Below are positions 49,490-53,755 of a stretch of 53,755 bases of DNA, one piece after another. Below the pieces are notes generated by a model, which saw only the letters and a list, made by a program, of their open reading frames with translations, was not told the DNA's origin and did no database searches. Numbering within the stretch: position 1 is the first letter of the stretch; the number at the start of each line of letters is the position of its first letter. The stretch is from Vitrella brassicaformis CCMP3155 (Eukaryota; Protista; Chromerida): positions 1 through 53,755 of the forward strand of contig CDMY01000547.1 in the NCBI GenBank assembly GCA_001179505.1. Reading direction: 5' to 3'. The position numbers and the translations under genes are program-made.

Positions 49490-50862
49490 ATGGGATACAA
49501 AGGGCTTCTTCGTCGCGCTGCGTGGCCCCTCGTTCACCAGGAAATGGTTGCGTATTTCCGGCAACGGCCGCCCCGCGACTCGACGGTGAATCTGGAGGTC
49601 AAGGAATGGCCAGCCTTTGCATCAAAAGAAGACATCGTCGCAGATGGGCATGTGCCAGGTGTGTGTGTGGGTGTGTAGAGATGCAGGTTTGCATCATTGT
49701 GTCGCGTTTCTTGTGTTAACTGCGGATCTCGGCAGCTGTGGTATGGAAGTACGGTCCCGACCGTCGCGTGTGTCTGCCGGAGAAAGAAATCCTCGAGCTG
49801 GCTTTTGACGAACCCGACGGTCATCTCTCCCACCGTAAGCTCACTCATGTGCCGTGCACTCATTCGTGTCGTTGGTTGGTTATTGTGTGTCGTGGATGCA
49901 TGGATGTCTGTCTGTGTGTCAGTGTTTTCTGGGCGCCTGTATAGATTGCATGTTGGTCAGTGGATCGAAGAGTGCATCGTCCAGCACGTGCAGGCGGACC
50001 CACGTACGTTAAGCCGACCGGCATGGGGCATTCATCCTCTGCCTTGTGTTGTGCATCCATCGTCGTTTCTGTTCCTCTCTGTCTGTTTGCGCTGCAGTGG
50101 ACAAACACTTGTACTTCGTTAAGTTCCAGCGTCACGTGCCCGGCCGCATGACGCAGGTGTCCATTCCTGTGAGTCTGATTGGCCTGCTCGGCTGCCCGGC
50201 CTACTTGAAAGGTAGGTCACATACACACACGGATCTGCATGATCTGGGAAGCACACGAGTCAGTCCAGTGCACTGCCACCTCTTCTCTTTATTGTGTGCC
50301 GCTGGTTGGTTGGTCGTGTGTGTATATGGATTGATTGATCAGGGTATCACGTCGAGTTGGTCATGCCGACCGTTGAGTGTGAGGTGGTGGGCGATCACAT
50401 CCCGCCGCCGTTCCTCTTGGACGTGTCGAAGCTGCACTTCAAGAGCCCTTACAGTGCTATCACTCTCAGAGACATGCTGGTACGTACGCTGGCAGAAAGA
50501 GAAACACACCCACCTGTTGGTTGATGTATGTGATTAGCGTCTGTTTGTCGCCTGTTATCAGCCTCTGCTGCCCTCTGACGGCACCGTCCGCTTTTCTCGA
50601 AAGTACGACCTCGACAGAGCAGAGGTCTGCTGGACCTATGAAGTCGGCAAGGTGCGCAATGCATAGCTGACAGGCAACACACACACACACACGCAGAGAA
50701 GGGGTCCACTCACATGTCTGCCTATTTATTGTATTGATGCGGCAGATCCCGGAGGTGCCTTTGCCGAAGGACTGGAGGGATCCCAACTTCATCGACAGGA
50801 AGGGCAAGCTCATGAGATTGACGTACCGCAACTTTTGGCCGTCGCAGGGCCAGGAGAGATAG
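49490..50862 (+). CDS. Organellar (probably mitochondrial) ribosomal protein bL25/Ctc family; alternative start at 49385
   Basis: DGHVP|AVVWKYG (L25 domain, cf. G.VPAVVYG), VQADP-VDKHLYFVKFQR (cf. Q.HP......HVDF), then the TL5_C-like VSIPVSLIGLLGCPAYLKGYHVELVMPTVECEVVGDHIPPPFLLDVSKL. Confidence 0.8.
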
Positions 50863-51258
50863 ACGAGTGCGGTGGTGTGTGGGGGGTGGGGTGGGGCGGT
50901 GGAGGAGACAATCGGCGACACATTATGTATGTCGTCCAGATCTCGTTTACGTGTTTGATGGGGCTCGGGGGTGAGAAGCAGCATGCGCTTCGGGTATGTG
51001 AATGAATGCATGAATGAATGAATGACACGGATGAATGAGTGCGGTCTGATCTTCCGTGCTGTTGGTGGCTGTCTGGATGAAGTGTCCATGATGACTGTCG
51101 TGCTGAGATCATCCATCGACGAAGCGATTAATTACAGCTAATCCTCTCAACACGGGCCCTCGACGAAGTGTGAGTTGGGGTAGGTCCCCGTGTAATATGC
51201 TTGCATATGCTGGGAAGCGCAGCCACACTCATCTTCCTTCAGAAGTAGAGGGCTCCAC

Positions 51259-53755
51259 ATGTACATCATCAGCTGGAATGTGGTGAGCAGCGACAAACAA
51301 GGCAGGCAGGCAGGCAGGCAGATCTCCGACGAACAAGGCAGGAAGGCAGGCAGGCGATGCTTACGACACTTGTCGTTGTGGATCTTGCATGCGTGGAGGC
51401 CGGTTGGGCGACCACCTTTTCACTCATCAAGCAGCACTACGGCAGCCTGACCGACTTCCTTGCCAAGCACAGTGTGGACATCTTCTGTATCCAGGAGGCG
51501 AAGGCCACCGTAGAGAAGCTCAAGACCGAGCCGAAGAGCTATGCGGCCAACGAGGAGGGATACGACACATTCTGGGCGTGGTCAGCTGCTCACTGCATCC
51601 ACCATTTCCATGTGCTGCGAGGGTGCGCACACGTCTGTATGTGCGTGTTGCGGTGTTTGTTTGCAGCTGCAAGGGCAATGCCAAGCGCGGGCTGATGGGT
51701 TACTCCGGGTGTGCGACCTTCGCAAAGAAGGGCCTCACTCTTCGGGCGGACAGCGAGCCATTCGCTGACGCAGAGCTCAACGCAGAGGGAAGGTATGTAT
51801 CCACAAAGGCAGGCACGAACAGGCAGATCGGTGTGTGTAGGCCTGTGTGTGGTTCTTTCGGTTCCAGGGTGTTGGTGACGGAGCATCAGCACTTCATCAT
51901 CATCAACAGTAAGCATGTCCTTCCTTCACCACTCACTTCGCCCCACCCACCTCCCTCGTCTGTGGCCTCGTCTTCCCCTCAGTCTACGCGCCGACGAGCG
52001 GCAAGGCCTACGATCGCCTTCCCCACAAGCTGCGTTTCTTCAATGCGCTCCGCGACCACATGAACCACCTCCGCCGCACCACAGGCAAGCCCATCATCCT
52101 CCTAGGCGACCTCAACATCGCATTCGGGCCGCGCGACGTGACGCCCAAAGACCGTATCATCGACCTCACTACCCTGAGTGAGTCGCGAGAAGCAGCCAGA
52201 AGGCCCCCCACATGAGATCTCCCTCTGTGTGTCTGCCTGTCTGCTCAGGAAGATGCTGTTCGATCTCAAGAAGTCGGCCATGCCGTCAAAGGCCCTAGCA
52301 AAGCTTTTCTGACCTCTTGATGAAGGTGCGATTCTGAGCTGGAGAGGCCTGTATGTTATTTACTTCAACTACTTCCGGGCGATACCTTTTGAGCAACTTC
52401 GGATTCTTCTCATCACCCACACACACAACGCCATTCCCTCTGCTTGGTAAGCCCTGATAGCCCATAGTCACATTATCTTGCACACACGCCCTCAGATTCT
52501 GGCCTGCACCTTCTTTCTACGCGTCCTGCTCTCACTGAGTGCGGCCCCCAGTCTCCCTCTCTCTCAGCGACCATGAGTGGAGCGCTCAGATCCGCATCGG
52601 CCTGGACCACTGTGTCGTCTCCGACCCCCAGCTCGCAGACGAGGACTGCGACCGCCCCAACGGCCTCCTCGCCTTCCCTCCCAACTCAATCTCTGTCGGC
52701 CACTTTGCCGACTGTTGCCGGGCGCTTGGCGAGCCGCTCAGTGCTGGCGATGTGGATCGCTTAGCTGAGGCCGGTCAGACGTACTACAGCGCGTGTCTGC
52801 GGCGGTGGATGTCGCGGGTGATGGAGGAGGACCGCATGGTGGACTCGTTTGTGGAGTTCTTCCCCAATGCCAGAGGACAATTCACGTCGTGGGAGCAGTA
52901 CACCAACGGCAGATACGTCAACGAGGTGGGTGGTTGGGTGGACACATGGACGTGTGTGGGTGTGTGGGTGTGGGGGTGGCTGGGTTTGGACGCGACACGC
53001 ATGGCATGGGATGTGTGGTGTGGTCGATCTCGGGTGTGTGCAGGGTGCTCGGCTGGACTATATCCTGGTGGACGAGGCCCTGTTTCGCTCGCACGCTGTG
53101 CGGGGTCCGCTCCCGCCCGACTGCACCGAAGACACATTCGACGCGCCTGAGACCGCCCTGCAACTCGCCACGGCGAATGGTTGCAGACATACGGCCGGCC
53201 ACACGTGTCTGTCTGTCCGTGTCTGTCTTATCTATCCTTCCTCACTCAGGCCGATTCACTCCCGCCCTCATGGATGGGGGCGGGCTGATCGATGCCTCCC
53301 AGCCGGTATACGACACGCAGTTCCTCCCCCCTCACACCGGCATGTGCTACACGCCCCCCAAGTTCAGCGACCACATCGCCGTCACCCTCTGCCTCGACAA
53401 CACGCCCCACACACCCGCCGGCCACCACATCGACTTCGGTCAGCGCGTGGCCGTCGACATGAAGGACACCAAGACCACCAGGTCGCAGCCACACAGAGGG
53501 TGGAAGGGCATCCAGAGCTTCTTCCAACCGGCACCCAAACCGACCCCTGCGGCCAACAACCAAAGCAGCTCTGCAGCACCAGCACCAGCACCAGCTGCAG
53601 CGAACAACGGCAACAAGAACAATGGCAGCAGCAGTGGTGCGATCGACTTGACGGCCGGTGACGATGCGAATGGTACGGGGGCTCCCGTGAGGCAGCCAAC
53701 GCAGCAGCAGCAGCAGCAGCAGCAGAGTGGGCGTGGCAGTGCGAGTCGAGGCGGG
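51259..53755 (+). CDS. Exonuclease III-family AP endonuclease, APE2/Apn2-like (3' end beyond the window)
   Basis: MYIISWNV, DIFCIQEAK, GYSGCATF, AEGRVLVTEH, IIINVYAP, ILLGDLNIA, FTSWEQYTNGRYVNEGARLDYILVD and FSDHIAV: all EEP-family catalytic motifs are present. Confidence 0.93.

Larger units (their letters stand above)
905..53050. repeat. Pervasive intronic/UTR microsatellites: (GT/CA)n, (GA/CT)n, (GACA/TGTC)n, (GGAT/ATCC)n, (GGCA/TGCC)n, (GAGT)n
   Basis: Visible in most introns, for example 1152-1172, 3453-3520, 13275-13315, 31485-31534, 33436-33505 and 42866-42930. Confidence 0.95.

Noticed and set aside
115-53699. Most ORFs in the six-frame track (those rich in CVCV, THTH, LSLS or with GTG/TTG starts)
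   Set aside because: They are translations of intronic microsatellites or GC-rich antisense/shadow frames of real exons. Bacterial-style alternative starts do not apply to this eukaryotic locus.
1-53755. tRNA, rRNA, spliced-leader or telomeric arrays
   Set aside because: No T-loop/cloverleaf, rRNA-like block or tandem TTAGGG/TTTAGGG array was seen by eye. A tRNAscan-SE/Infernal run would be needed to exclude them fully.
11412-53755. A functional gene cluster or operon-like system linking the genes
   Set aside because: The genes cover unrelated housekeeping functions in different compartments. There is no evidence for a biosynthetic or defence cluster.

Overview
Intron-rich, GC-rich eukaryotic nuclear DNA with microsatellite-filled introns and four 300-N scaffold gaps. 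The gene content, bipartite plastid-targeting presequences and intron style suggest a photosynthetic alveolate (chromerid, Vitrella-like); this is inferred, not verified. I can reconstruct about 17 spliced protein-coding genes by hand: an SC35-like SR protein, an ankyrin-DHHC (Akr1-type) palmitoyltransferase, an orphan coiled-coil protein, a BTB/T1 + TM protein, VIP1/PPIP5K, a signal-peptide TLDc-like protein, a claudin-like tetraspan protein, a MOSC/mARC protein, an Ariadne RBR ligase, a DUF6816-like plastid protein, a SOUL haem-binding protein, a 3R-MYB, a SPRY protein, a FAM210/DUF1279 protein, LTV1, an organellar bL25 and an APE2-like AP endonuclease (runs off the right end). A degenerate Ty1/copia RT fragment sits at the left edge. 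I found no tRNA, rRNA or CRISPR array. Most notable: 12 of 17 genes sit in tight head-to-head pairs; a 21/22-nt element is shared by two distant upstream regions; the Ariadne RING1 lacks three of the four ligands of one zinc site; the TLDc domain appears extracytoplasmic; and there is a claudin-like protein. Exon boundaries are manual and some 5'/3' ends are uncertain. No clear-cut novel multi-gene system is evident.
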